Position numbers and translations under genes: made by a program | Shown: positions 7,283 to 15,286 of the stretch, piece by piece | Numbering within the stretch: the first letter of the stretch is position 1 | Layout of the letters: each line of letters begins with the position of its first letter | UHGV virus genome: UHGV-0107473 | Reading direction: 5' to 3' (one strand) | DNA length: 41,402 bases | Source of the DNA: a virus | Notes under the pieces: generated by a model | Database searches by the model: none | What the model saw: only the letters and a program-made list of their open reading frames with translations | Told to the model about the DNA's origin: nothing

Positions 7283-7489
7283 TTATTTATTGTTTGGGCG
7301 ATGTTGTTTAATAGCTTTTAATAACGCTATCATATCGTCTATATCGTCTTCGTGAAGCTTCCATAAAACACTTTCGCCTTCAGGATAACCCTTTGCTGAA
7401 CCATGATTAACCATAACGATATTATCGACAATAGCGCCAAATAATTTACCGCGTTTTATAGCAATCTTTTCTATGTTAAAAGCCATCAT
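7283..7489 (-). CDS. Hypothetical 68 aa
   Basis: ORF track. Confidence 0.4.
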   Translation of the reverse strand: MMAFNIEKIAIKRGKLFGAIVDNIVMVNHGSAKGYPEGESVLWKLHEDDIDDMIALLKAIKQHRPNNK

Positions 7490-7761
7490 TCAATCCTCGC
7501 GACTTCTATCAGGTCTAAATCTTTGTGTTTAATAACGGTGAATTTCTTGGCTGTTTTCTTGCCCACGTTGAAGGCTGACAGTCGAACAGATGATTCGGAG
7601 AACTCGCCGATTTTGAACGTGAAGCACTCGCCGATTTTCAGACTGTCGAACGGATAGCGAGCGCGATGATGTTCGTTTTTGAAAGTGTCGCCTTTATCGA
7701 CAATCGCACATTTAATCTTACGCATAGCTTCAGGCGAAGCGGGTAGAATCTCGAAACTCAT
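7486..7761 (-). CDS. Hypothetical 91 aa, first gene after the AT-rich palindrome array; paralogous motif to the moron protein
   Basis: RARYPFDSLKIGECFTFKIG matches MKYPFEKLEIGQSFRVP in ORF 2739..3290. AAGGA RBS. Confidence 0.5.
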   Translation of the reverse strand: MSFEILPASPEAMRKIKCAIVDKGDTFKNEHHRARYPFDSLKIGECFTFKIGEFSESSVRLSAFNVGKKTAKKFTVIKHKDLDLIEVARIE

Positions 7762-7790
7762 AGCTAAAATCCTTATCGTTTTTAAGTAAT

Positions 7791-8048
7791 ACTAAGATAT
7801 ATAAGAAAGCTTTCTCTGTCAACCTTTATCTTAGTATAAGTTAAAATTTATCTTATATATAAGAAACGTTTATCTAATATATAAGATACATCTATCTAAT
7901 ATATAAGAAAGGCTTATCTTAGTATAAGAAAGGGTAAAAAGTATTATAAATAATCTAAAAATTAGTATCTATAAATTACTGATATATAAAGAAATAATAA
8001 AAATAATACTTATAATACTTTAATAAAATTTATCTTATATATAAGATA
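7791..8048. repeat. Array of about 7 copies of an 18-bp palindrome (consensus TATCTTATATATAAGATA) in an AT-rich non-coding region
   Basis: Copies at about 7791, 7828, 7849, 7871, 7894, 7915 and 8031. The copy at 8031..8048 is a perfect palindrome. Confidence 0.7.
7794..7822 (-). promoter_or_regulatory. Sigma70-like early promoter (-35 TTGACA, 17 nt, -10 TATCTT) overlapping the palindromic operator-like repeats
   Basis: The minus strand reads TTGACAgagaaagctttcttataTATCTT, about 35 nt upstream of ATG 7761. Confidence 0.45.
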
Positions 8049-8212
8049 GTAAGTTATATATTATAATATATCCCTCCCACTCTCCCCGAAAAAGTATTAA
8101 AAGTATTATTTTATTAAAACGTTACTTATCAATGACTTACGGGTATTATTTTGTATTATTTTCGGATTAACTATACTATTCAACAACTTACGTAACTTAT
8201 ATATCTTTATAT

Positions 8213-8242
8213 AATAAAAAAGCGCCCGGTTAAAGGCGCTTA
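8213..8242 (-). terminator. Rho-independent terminator after the BRCT-protein gene
   Basis: agcgcc-cggttaaa-ggcgct hairpin, followed on the minus strand by tttttatt. Confidence 0.7.
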
Positions 8243-8267
8243 GTCGATTCAATTAACGATTTATCGA

Positions 8268-9587
8268 CTACAGGCTACGGTGAACAAAATCGATAAGTCT
8301 GATAAAGTCGTTAATCTTGTTTTGGTATTCTGAATCCGATCTGCTACAGTTACTAATTTCTTTACTCGCTAAATCATAACGTTGATAAAAACGATGATTT
8401 GCACCAAGTTCTGATTTTCCACAATAGGCGATAGTCATTTGCGAAAGCCAGATTGGAAAATGATATTCTTTTCCGCAATCTTTAACCAAAATGCTACCGT
8501 CATGTTTAAGCTCAAACTGATAGCTCATGTATTCCGGTTCGGCTCTGATTCCGCGCCCTAACGCCTGAACAAAAACGCCGTCTTTGCCGATTTTAGAGGA
8601 CGCTTCTTTTAATTGCTTTTCGAATTCGGTAAGAATGTTTTTATGCGGAACATCCAAAAAAGCCATTTGCTTTAATATCGTTTGCATATCTTCCGAATCC
8701 AGAAAACTACTAATCAGCTTTTCATAGCTCGCGTCTATCGTCGGTGTTGCGCAGTTTACTTGCTCTTTTTCAGGATAAGGCACCAAAACATTGTATGCCT
8801 TATTGTGGGCATAGTTGCTAAACCGGTTTAGTTCCGCCGTAGCGGGACGTTCTCCGGTTGACTGGTGTAACCCTACAGGGTTAGCCGCCTGGCTTGTTTC
8901 CGGCTCGCTGTCGCGGTAAAACATGAGCACGATATCGCTTGACTTAATCACCTCGCACGATTCCGGCGTGACTTTGACAAACGCCACGCCTTCAACATTT
9001 GCTACTTCAGCGGCTTTTCTCATAGTTGCCGAGCGAATAGCCATTCGGTCTAAATCACGTTTAAGTTGATCGGCTACTTTTGTCATAGCTTCGCTAAAAG
9101 CCGTCGTATTAAAATTGCCAAAAATTTGTTTTTTAATAGCTTCTTCACGTTTCAAATTAAGCCATTCGTAAAGAAATTCCGCGCTAATCATCGGAATACC
9201 CAAAGATAAAGCGCGATTGATTTTCATTTTGTTAGGCTCATTGCCCACGATAACGCAATCTACTTTTTCAGTAATCGCGCCGCGAATTTTGCCATGATAA
9301 TTAATCGTTAGCGCGTCGGTTATTTCTATCCGTTTGTAAGGTGTTCCTGTAAACGCAAACGATTTGCCTTTTAGAAAATTTTTATCTTCTATCAAACAAT
9401 CGTTGATAATAACAAAATCATTTTCGTTTAAATTTAGAAAACGATCTAGAATTAAACCCGGCTTTACTTCGTCCGGTTCAACTAACATAATAGTTTTGTC
9501 ATTTTCCTGCATTACGTTAACCACACGTAACGGGTATTTGCCCTGTAAAGGATATTTGCCGTTAATCAGTTTGGTTTCAATAGTCAT
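8268..9587 (-). CDS. BRCT-domain protein (439 aa)
   Basis: Residues about 72-150 (KGKSFAFTGTPYKRIEITDALTINYHGKIRGAITEKVDCVIVGNEPNKMKINRALSLGIPMISAEFLYEWL) match the LigA-type BRCT pattern. The rest has no recognizable motifs. Confidence 0.6.
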   Translation of the reverse strand: MTIETKLINGKYPLQGKYPLRVVNVMQENDKTIMLVEPDEVKPGLILDRFLNLNENDFVIINDCLIEDKNFLKGKSFAFTGTPYKRIEITDALTINYHGKIRGAITEKVDCVIVGNEPNKMKINRALSLGIPMISAEFLYEWLNLKREEAIKKQIFGNFNTTAFSEAMTKVADQLKRDLDRMAIRSATMRKAAEVANVEGVAFVKVTPESCEVIKSSDIVLMFYRDSEPETSQAANPVGLHQSTGERPATAELNRFSNYAHNKAYNVLVPYPEKEQVNCATPTIDASYEKLISSFLDSEDMQTILKQMAFLDVPHKNILTEFEKQLKEASSKIGKDGVFVQALGRGIRAEPEYMSYQFELKHDGSILVKDCGKEYHFPIWLSQMTIAYCGKSELGANHRFYQRYDLASKEISNCSRSDSEYQNKINDFIRLIDFVHRSL

Positions 9588-9788
9588 TTACTTTTCCTCA
9601 ATTTGAATAAATATATCTGAATCGTTAGGGTTATTTAAATCGATTGATTTAAGCTCAATTAAAATGTTATGATGTTCGCTTAACTCCTTATAGAATTCTT
9701 CGATTTGGATTACTGGTAAAAACAAAATATAAGTTGGTTTAAGCGCAATTTTATAAAAAGGTATTACTATGGAAGCCATTTTATTCAT
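9588..9788 (-). CDS. Hypothetical 66 aa
   Basis: ORF track. Confidence 0.35.
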   Translation of the reverse strand: MNKMASIVIPFYKIALKPTYILFLPVIQIEEFYKELSEHHNILIELKSIDLNNPNDSDIFIQIEEK

Positions 9789-10023
9789 TCCATAACTTAA
9801 TAGTTACTAATCGGTTTTCAATCGCTTTTAAAGACTGGCAATTTTCTAAAGATTTGAATTTTCTTTTTGTCATAGCTTCATGTGGAAATACTGAAGCCCT
9901 GTTAATATCTTTTACCCATGTAATAATTTCTCGAGTCGGGGCGCATCCAGACGATCTAGTTACACAAACTGCAAATTCACCGTTTTCATTGATAAAAATA
10001 AAGCCTTTTCGTTCATCACTCAT
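9781..10023 (-). CDS. Hypothetical 80 aa
   Basis: ORF track. Confidence 0.4.
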   Translation of the reverse strand: MSDERKGFIFINENGEFAVCVTRSSGCAPTREIITWVKDINRASVFPHEAMTKRKFKSLENCQSLKAIENRLVTIKLWNE

Positions 10024-10024
10024 T

Positions 10025-10285
10025 TTATTTACTCCAATGAGAAGAAGCCATTTTGTTATAAACCGCGTTACCGTTAGGACGCGAGTTAACCCAAGATTCT
10101 ACAGCTTTGTCGGCGCCTTTTTCGGTCTTATATCCTTTGGTAATTTTTACCGAAGTCATTTCACCGTAACCATAATCTTTTTCAAACATGCCATAAAACA
10201 AACCATCAATATTTCTGACAATGGCGCGTTTAAATGCTTTGTTTCCGGTTTCTTTGTTGATTCGGTTTTCAAAGTAGATAGCCAT
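10025..10285 (-). CDS. Hypothetical protein (likely starts at MAIYFENRI with an AGGA RBS)
   Basis: The ORF-track ORF 10025..10348 has an internal Met with a good RBS. Confidence 0.4.
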   Translation of the reverse strand: MAIYFENRINKETGNKAFKRAIVRNIDGLFYGMFEKDYGYGEMTSVKITKGYKTEKGADKAVESWVNSRPNGNAVYNKMASSHWSK

Positions 10286-10378
10286 TTTGATTCGTCCTAT
10301 GTTTCGTTTTGATGTACTAACTATACAATCGACTTTAAAAATCGTCAATCATTATTTTGATTAAGTTTTGTAAAGACG

Positions 10379-10406
10379 TAAAAAAGCCGCATTTTCAGCG
10401 GCTTAG
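10379..10406 (-). terminator. Rho-independent terminator downstream of the primase-helicase and a small basic ORF
   Basis: aagccgc-attttca-gcggctt hairpin with a T-run on the minus strand. Confidence 0.65.
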
Positions 10407-10409
10407 TGT

Positions 10410-10574
10410 CTACTTTGTTTTCTTAAATCGTCTGAATGATTCCCGGCTTTCTCTATGCCAATGCTCATCATGTGACGGATGGTCTAACCCGGTAAAATCT
10501 TTGTTGCCACGCTCATACCATTTCTTTTTCTTACTGGTGTTTACAAGCTTTCCGTTTACAGTTTTGTAGCTCAT
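10410..10574 (-). CDS. Small basic 54-aa protein with His cluster (…DHPSHDEHWHRE…), not in the ORF track
   Basis: My own translation. Its ATG lies 1 nt after the primase-helicase stop. Followed directly by a terminator. Confidence 0.4.
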   Translation of the reverse strand: MSYKTVNGKLVNTSKKKKWYERGNKDFTGLDHPSHDEHWHRESRESFRRFKKTK

Positions 10575-10575
10575 T

Positions 10576-12888
10576 TTATAGTCCAAATGCTTTAGGGTTT
10601 GATATCGAAAACGCTCGTTGCGCGGTTCCGTATTCGGTTACTAACTTAGGCTTTGAAATTTCTAACAAATCCCCTCTATCCATCATGGTTTGTAGCGTCT
10701 TTTTAATGGCGTTTGTCGCGCCTGTTCTATCCTTTTTAAAGTGAACATTTCGAGCAAGCTTTTTATGAAGATAAGCATATGTTATGATTCGTTCACTATG
10801 CAATCTTGCGTTTCCTTCCCCAGCATACGCTTTGATTTCAGACCAGCTACTAATAACATAGGTTTTAACGGTTTCACAAAGTTTAACTATCTGTTGCGTT
10901 TCTTCGTTGTTAACACCGACTTCACCCATATCAAAACGACGCATGATGTTATTAACATCGGCTAAAACAAGGTTTATAGCCCATGTAGCCATATCGGAAT
11001 TAACAACAGGGTCGTAAGGGTTACAGCCAACGGCAATCAATGCTGAAAGCTTGAGCGCTTTAATGTGGGCGCGGTTCCAAAGTTCAGAGTTAACTTGGTT
11101 ATTACTTGCCCGCATTTTATCATCAACATAAAGGTTAAACTGTTTAAGCATCGAATTTGCATTTTCATCTAGCTGAACTTCAATCGCTTTGTGTTGATTA
11201 TTCAAATTTAAACAGTTGGCGCATACTTGAGCGGTTTTGTCTATTAAATCAAAATCAGGTCTAACGTTTAAATGGTTTTCGTTTAAATACGGGCGCTTAC
11301 CATAGTATTCGATAATAGTAAAGCGAGGCAACAAACCTTCTGTAATCATACCTTCGTGTAGTCCTTCGTAAAATCTTTCGGGAGTAGATTCGCCTAAAAG
11401 AGTTACCGAAGGGGCTAATACATTATCGGTGTTTTTTTCTCTATCGCTGTAGATACTTTGTTTTAAAACCTTTCCGTTGCCCGATTTGTTATAAATATCG
11501 AGTAGCATACGGCGTAAGCCTAACATGTGCGGCGATGCGTTTATGCTTCCCATTTGTTGTAAATGCAAACCAAATTCGCCAATTATACTGACAAAACTTT
11601 TAGATGATTTCGACAAATACTTAATTAATGCTTGCGGGGAATTTATTTCCCCCGGCCCGATAAATTCCATCGCCGAAGGAACCATTTTTACAACTTCGCG
11701 CATTATCAAGTCGATACCGCTTGAAATAGCTTCTTTACCAGTACCCGTCCCAGCGAGAAGCAACACGTATTGATTAAGGCCAGTACCGGAAATGTTATAA
11801 GCCCTGCCCACAATACCAGCAAATAAGCCAATCGCCCCGGCTAAGGCGATTTCGGGTACTGGTCGCGGGGCCGCTGCGTAAATGAATTGTGCAATCTCGC
11901 CAACCAGACCAGGCGGAACGGTAAACGCCGAGGCTACAGGCGTCGCAACTTCCGTAACATTTTGCGGGATATCTTCAACGATTTGCGATTGGGGAATATC
12001 GGCATTTTGCATCCTTTTTTCGATTATGGCGTTAATTTGATCGCGTAAACCTTCGATATCAACAGGCGGTAGCATTCGGTCAAAACATTTATCGAGCGCA
12101 TATTTTAAGCGATATTCCGCGCGTGATTTTTCGCGTTGCCCTAGCTTTGATTCTAAAAACAGCTTTTTAACTTGCGCCCGGTTTTCACTATAAAATGCGA
12201 TAATGTCTATCAATGCCAAATCGGCTTCGGATTGCGAAGGGTAATATTTTTGCCAATTACCGTAGTCATATAAATCTATAAATTTTTCGGCATTAGCCGC
12301 ATTACGCGCCATTTCCATCACTTCAGAATCATCGCGTTTAGCTTCGTCTAACCCGGCATAGTAGGCGGCAGCGTTTGGCCCTTTGCCCATTTGCGACCAA
12401 AGCGCATTAAAAAGCGCGTCATAATCTTTAATTTCTTCGTTTCTAAAAACATTCCCTGTCATAGTCATAAATCGAAGATTGGAATACACTTCAATTGAGG
12501 AACGTTTACGACCTGAAGGAATCGACCCTTTAATGATGATGTGTAATCCGGTTCCACTTGGCGAACGTTCAGCATAAGAAACGAATTCGTTATAGATTCG
12601 TAACTGGCGGTCGGCGTTACCCTGGTCGCCTTTTGTATCGTCCAAGTCAATAAATCCGTATGGGTCAGATTCGGTTAACACGAAACCCAAACCCGAATAC
12701 ATACCGGAATTCAGAGCGCCTAAAGCATCGTGATAGCTTCCCCATGTAGAAGAATCGTTTACCTTAGCCATTCTTCCGTTTATAGGGGAATAGGGAATTT
12801 TAGTAGGTTTGTCGCCGTCCGATTCCTCGAAGCGCCAAACGACCCATTGGTTATAGGCCCGCATTTCAACGGGAATATTATCGAACAT
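10576..12888 (-). CDS. Primase-helicase (N-terminal PrimPol-like domain plus C-terminal SF3/D5-type helicase)
   Basis: N-terminus YNQWVVWRFEE...GLGFVLTESDPYGFIDLDD is PrimPol-like. Walker A LLAGTGTGKEAISSG. 770 aa. Confidence 0.75.
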   Translation of the reverse strand: MFDNIPVEMRAYNQWVVWRFEESDGDKPTKIPYSPINGRMAKVNDSSTWGSYHDALGALNSGMYSGLGFVLTESDPYGFIDLDDTKGDQGNADRQLRIYNEFVSYAERSPSGTGLHIIIKGSIPSGRKRSSIEVYSNLRFMTMTGNVFRNEEIKDYDALFNALWSQMGKGPNAAAYYAGLDEAKRDDSEVMEMARNAANAEKFIDLYDYGNWQKYYPSQSEADLALIDIIAFYSENRAQVKKLFLESKLGQREKSRAEYRLKYALDKCFDRMLPPVDIEGLRDQINAIIEKRMQNADIPQSQIVEDIPQNVTEVATPVASAFTVPPGLVGEIAQFIYAAAPRPVPEIALAGAIGLFAGIVGRAYNISGTGLNQYVLLLAGTGTGKEAISSGIDLIMREVVKMVPSAMEFIGPGEINSPQALIKYLSKSSKSFVSIIGEFGLHLQQMGSINASPHMLGLRRMLLDIYNKSGNGKVLKQSIYSDREKNTDNVLAPSVTLLGESTPERFYEGLHEGMITEGLLPRFTIIEYYGKRPYLNENHLNVRPDFDLIDKTAQVCANCLNLNNQHKAIEVQLDENANSMLKQFNLYVDDKMRASNNQVNSELWNRAHIKALKLSALIAVGCNPYDPVVNSDMATWAINLVLADVNNIMRRFDMGEVGVNNEETQQIVKLCETVKTYVISSWSEIKAYAGEGNARLHSERIITYAYLHKKLARNVHFKKDRTGATNAIKKTLQTMMDRGDLLEISKPKLVTEYGTAQRAFSISNPKAFGL

Positions 12889-12889
12889 G

Positions 12890-13108
12890 TTAAGCGCCTT
12901 TGTTAGCGGTTTCTTTTAGGTAGTCGCGTAATGCTTCGATAGAGTTAACGCCGGGGTTTTTAATCTTCCCTGTTTCAACTCCGCTAATCCAGCCTACCGA
13001 CAAATCTAAGTCTTTAGCGATAGTAGCGTTAGTTAACCACTTTGGGCGGTTCGACAGTAAATTTCGTGTTTCATCAAGCAAAGATGATTTTTTGATTTTG
13101 TTTGACAT
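12890..13108 (-). CDS. XRE/Cro-like HTH transcriptional regulator (72 aa from ATG 13108; the ORF track uses an upstream GTG)
   Basis: LTNATIAKDLDLSVGWISGVETGK HTH. AAGG RBS 9 nt upstream of ATG 13108. Confidence 0.6.
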   Translation of the reverse strand: MSNKIKKSSLLDETRNLLSNRPKWLTNATIAKDLDLSVGWISGVETGKIKNPGVNSIEALRDYLKETANKGA

Positions 13109-13149
13109 TTCAATGCCTTGTGTAAAATGTGGGCTGATTTGATGCACTA

Positions 13150-13178
13150 ACTATAGCCGATTAAAATTTTATACGCAA
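13150..13178 (-). promoter_or_regulatory. Candidate promoter for the HTH/primase operon (-35 TTGCGT, 17 nt, -10 TATAGT)
   Basis: The minus strand reads TTGCGTataaaattttaatcggcTATAGT. Confidence 0.35.
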
Positions 13179-13193
13179 GATGCAAAATAATGA

Positions 13194-13222
13194 TTGACAG
13201 CGTGGCGCAACGGGGCTAATCT
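13194..13222 (+). promoter_or_regulatory. Near-consensus sigma70 promoter for the plus-strand replication/recombination operon (-35 TTGACA, 17 nt, -10 TAATCT)
   Basis: TTGACAgcgtggcgcaacggggcTAATCT, about 45 nt upstream of ATG 13271. Back-to-back with the minus-strand promoter. Confidence 0.55.
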
Positions 13223-13270
13223 TACACACATCGAAAGCAAACCCGAAACCTAACACAAGGATATAACGAT

Positions 13271-13708
13271 ATGTTTAATATGAATCCTAACGCTAATCGC
13301 GACGCTCTTTTAACCAAATGGCAAGATGCTAAAAACGCTTTAGACGCCGCTAAAGCCGCCGAAGCTTATTTGCGTCGTCAGGTTATGGAAACTCTTTTTA
13401 ACTTTGACGAAAACGAGCTTCGCGAAGGCACTGAAAACATCGAATTGGGTAACGGCTACGTTGCAAAGGCGGTTTTCAAAACTTCTTACAAACTCACTTC
13501 CGACGTTGATTCCATGTTAGACAAGCTGGAAGAAGAAAGCGAAGAAGGCGAGTTTATCGCTAAACGCTTAGTTAATTTCAAACCCGAGCTTTCTGTTAGC
13601 GAATACAAAAAGCTTCCCGCAAACTTACGCGCAATTGCTAACATGGCTGTTGTCACTAAACCTGCTATGCCAAGTTTTGAAATTGTCGCACCAAAAGCTA
13701 AAAAATAA
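13271..13708 (+). CDS. Hypothetical protein, first gene of the replication operon
   Basis: AAGGA RBS. 145 aa. No recognizable motif. Confidence 0.55.
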   Translation: MFNMNPNANRDALLTKWQDAKNALDAAKAAEAYLRRQVMETLFNFDENELREGTENIELGNGYVAKAVFKTSYKLTSDVDSMLDKLEEESEEGEFIAKRLVNFKPELSVSEYKKLPANLRAIANMAVVTKPAMPSFEIVAPKAKK

Positions 13709-13753
13709 TCGATTCGCCGCCTGAAATATGGCGGCAATGTTTGAGGTTAAATA

Positions 13754-14461
13754 ATGAATGCTCGCGACTTACAGCCTTCCGGTAATCTTGCTAAAAAATT
13801 CGGCGTTAAGTCGATTGTTTATGGCAAAGCTGGAATAGGCAAAACGCCGATAATTCAAACGGCACCGCGCCCGGTTTTACTTGCGGCTGAACCGGGTTTG
13901 CTTTCCATGAAAGGGACTAATGTTCCCACATGGGAATGCTACGACGCCAATAGCCCGACCGATGTTAAAAAATCATATAACCGGGTTATAGAATTTTTTG
14001 ATTGGTTTTTTCGCTCTAATGAGTCTAAAAATTTCGATACGTTAGGCGTTGATAGTTTATCGCAAGTCTGTGAAATTATATTGCGATACGAATTAGGGCG
14101 TAATAAAGATGGGCGAAAAGCCTATGGTGAATTATCGCGCTTTATTATGGAAAGCATTTGCGAACCTTTATATTATATGCCTAACAAGCATTTATATTTA
14201 ATTTGCAAGCAAGCTGTAAATGACGAAAACGGGCAGGTTGTTAAATGCCCTTATTTTCCGGGGCAAGATTTAAACGTTAAAATTCCTCATTTATTTGATG
14301 AAATTTTGCATTTAGATGAATATAATATTCCCGGTGTTGGTAAACAAATTGCCTTTCGTTGCAAGCCTAGTTTTGATACTAAGGCTCGCGATAGAAGCGG
14401 GATGTTAAACGAGTTCGAACCGCCAAACCTCGGCAATATTTTTGCCAAATGCTCACAATAG
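13754..14461 (+). CDS. Sak4-like RecA-family ATPase (AAA_24)
   Basis: N-terminal Walker A KSIVYGKAGIGKTP followed by LLAAEPG. About 235 aa, typical of Sak4. Confidence 0.65.
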   Translation: MNARDLQPSGNLAKKFGVKSIVYGKAGIGKTPIIQTAPRPVLLAAEPGLLSMKGTNVPTWECYDANSPTDVKKSYNRVIEFFDWFFRSNESKNFDTLGVDSLSQVCEIILRYELGRNKDGRKAYGELSRFIMESICEPLYYMPNKHLYLICKQAVNDENGQVVKCPYFPGQDLNVKIPHLFDEILHLDEYNIPGVGKQIAFRCKPSFDTKARDRSGMLNEFEPPNLGNIFAKCSQ

Positions 14462-14490
14462 TAATTAACGTTAATTAAGGAATCAAAAAC

Positions 14491-15240
14491 ATGGCTCAAT
14501 TAATCAGCCCATTTAACCCGAATAACTACAACCCTGAACAAAGCGCGGGTCAATTGCCGCTCGGCAAACATCCGGTAGTTATCGAAAGTTCCGAAGTAAA
14601 AGCAAATAAAGCTAACGACGGCGGTTATCTTCAGTTCAATCTGAAAATTATCGACGGGCCTAACGCTGGTATTACTGGCCCGTATCGCCTTAATCTTTAT
14701 CACGCTGACCAAACCACTTGCGAAATTGCTAACCGCCAGCTTTCGGCAGTTTGCCACGTTGTTAACGTTTTCGGCGATTTGACGTCTACCGACCCGCTTC
14801 ACAATATCCCGTTTATTGTCGAAGTAGTTCCGCAAAAAAATAAACCTGAATATACGCAGGTTTCGAAAGTATTCGATATTAACGGCAACGAACCGGGTAA
14901 AGCGCCAGCGGGCCAGGCTCAAACGCAACAGCCGCAAAACCAGCAACAGCAGCCGCATGGCGGAGCGGGCCAGCAGTGGGGCGGTCAACAGCAACAACCA
15001 GCTAACAACGGCGGTTGGGGCCAGCCTCCGGCAAACAACGGTCAGCAACAGCCGGAACAGCAGCAACCGCAACAGCCTAACGGCGGTCAGCAATGGGGAG
15101 CGCCGCAGGGCGGGCAACAGCCAGCTTGGGGTAACTCCCAGCAACAGCAGCAGCCGCATGGCGCTGAAAACGGCAACGGCTGGCAACAGCAGCAGCCGCA
15201 AAACAACGGAAATGGCGGAACGCCGTGGGGCCGGAAATAA
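14491..15240 (+). CDS. DUF669-like protein with a Q/G/P/W-rich low-complexity C-terminal tail (SSB-linker-like)
   Basis: Globular N-terminal domain of about 130 aa. The tail of about 115 aa has repeated GGQQWG/GGWGQ/NGWQQQQ units. Immediately downstream of the Sak4-like gene. Confidence 0.55.
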   Translation: MAQLISPFNPNNYNPEQSAGQLPLGKHPVVIESSEVKANKANDGGYLQFNLKIIDGPNAGITGPYRLNLYHADQTTCEIANRQLSAVCHVVNVFGDLTSTDPLHNIPFIVEVVPQKNKPEYTQVSKVFDINGNEPGKAPAGQAQTQQPQNQQQQPHGGAGQQWGGQQQQPANNGGWGQPPANNGQQQPEQQQPQQPNGGQQWGAPQGGQQPAWGNSQQQQQPHGAENGNGWQQQQPQNNGNGGTPWGRK

Positions 15241-15250
15241 AATAAAATTT

Positions 15251-15272
15251 GGGGCAAGGAAGCCCCATTTTA
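15251..15272 (+). terminator. Weak hairpin or attenuator after the DUF669-like gene
   Basis: ggggc-aaggaa-gcccc followed by atttt. Only a 5-bp stem. Confidence 0.25.
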
Positions 15273-15286
15273 AAAGGCGTCTAATT

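Noticed and set aside
7791-8048. CRISPR array
   Set aside because: The repeats are 18-bp palindromes with irregular spacing of 4-80 bp, in an AT-rich promoter region. There are no cas genes and no spacers of uniform length.
8071-8088. G-quadruplex on the minus strand (CGGGGAGAGTGGGAGGGA)
   Set aside because: It has only three G-tracts, and a canonical G4 needs four.
10357-10569. Plus-strand 70-aa ORF from the ORF track
   Set aside because: It is antisense to a better-supported minus-strand 54-aa ORF that is translationally coupled to the primase-helicase. It also spans a minus-strand terminator hairpin. It has no RBS.
14500-15286. Minus-strand 233-aa ORF, and the first 110 codons of the plus-strand ORF 14957..15793
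   Set aside because: Both are alternate-frame readings of the CAG/CAA/CCG-rich repeat encoding the Q/G/P tail of the DUF669-like protein. They translate to low-complexity R/L-rich or S/N-rich sequence, typical of repeat artifacts.
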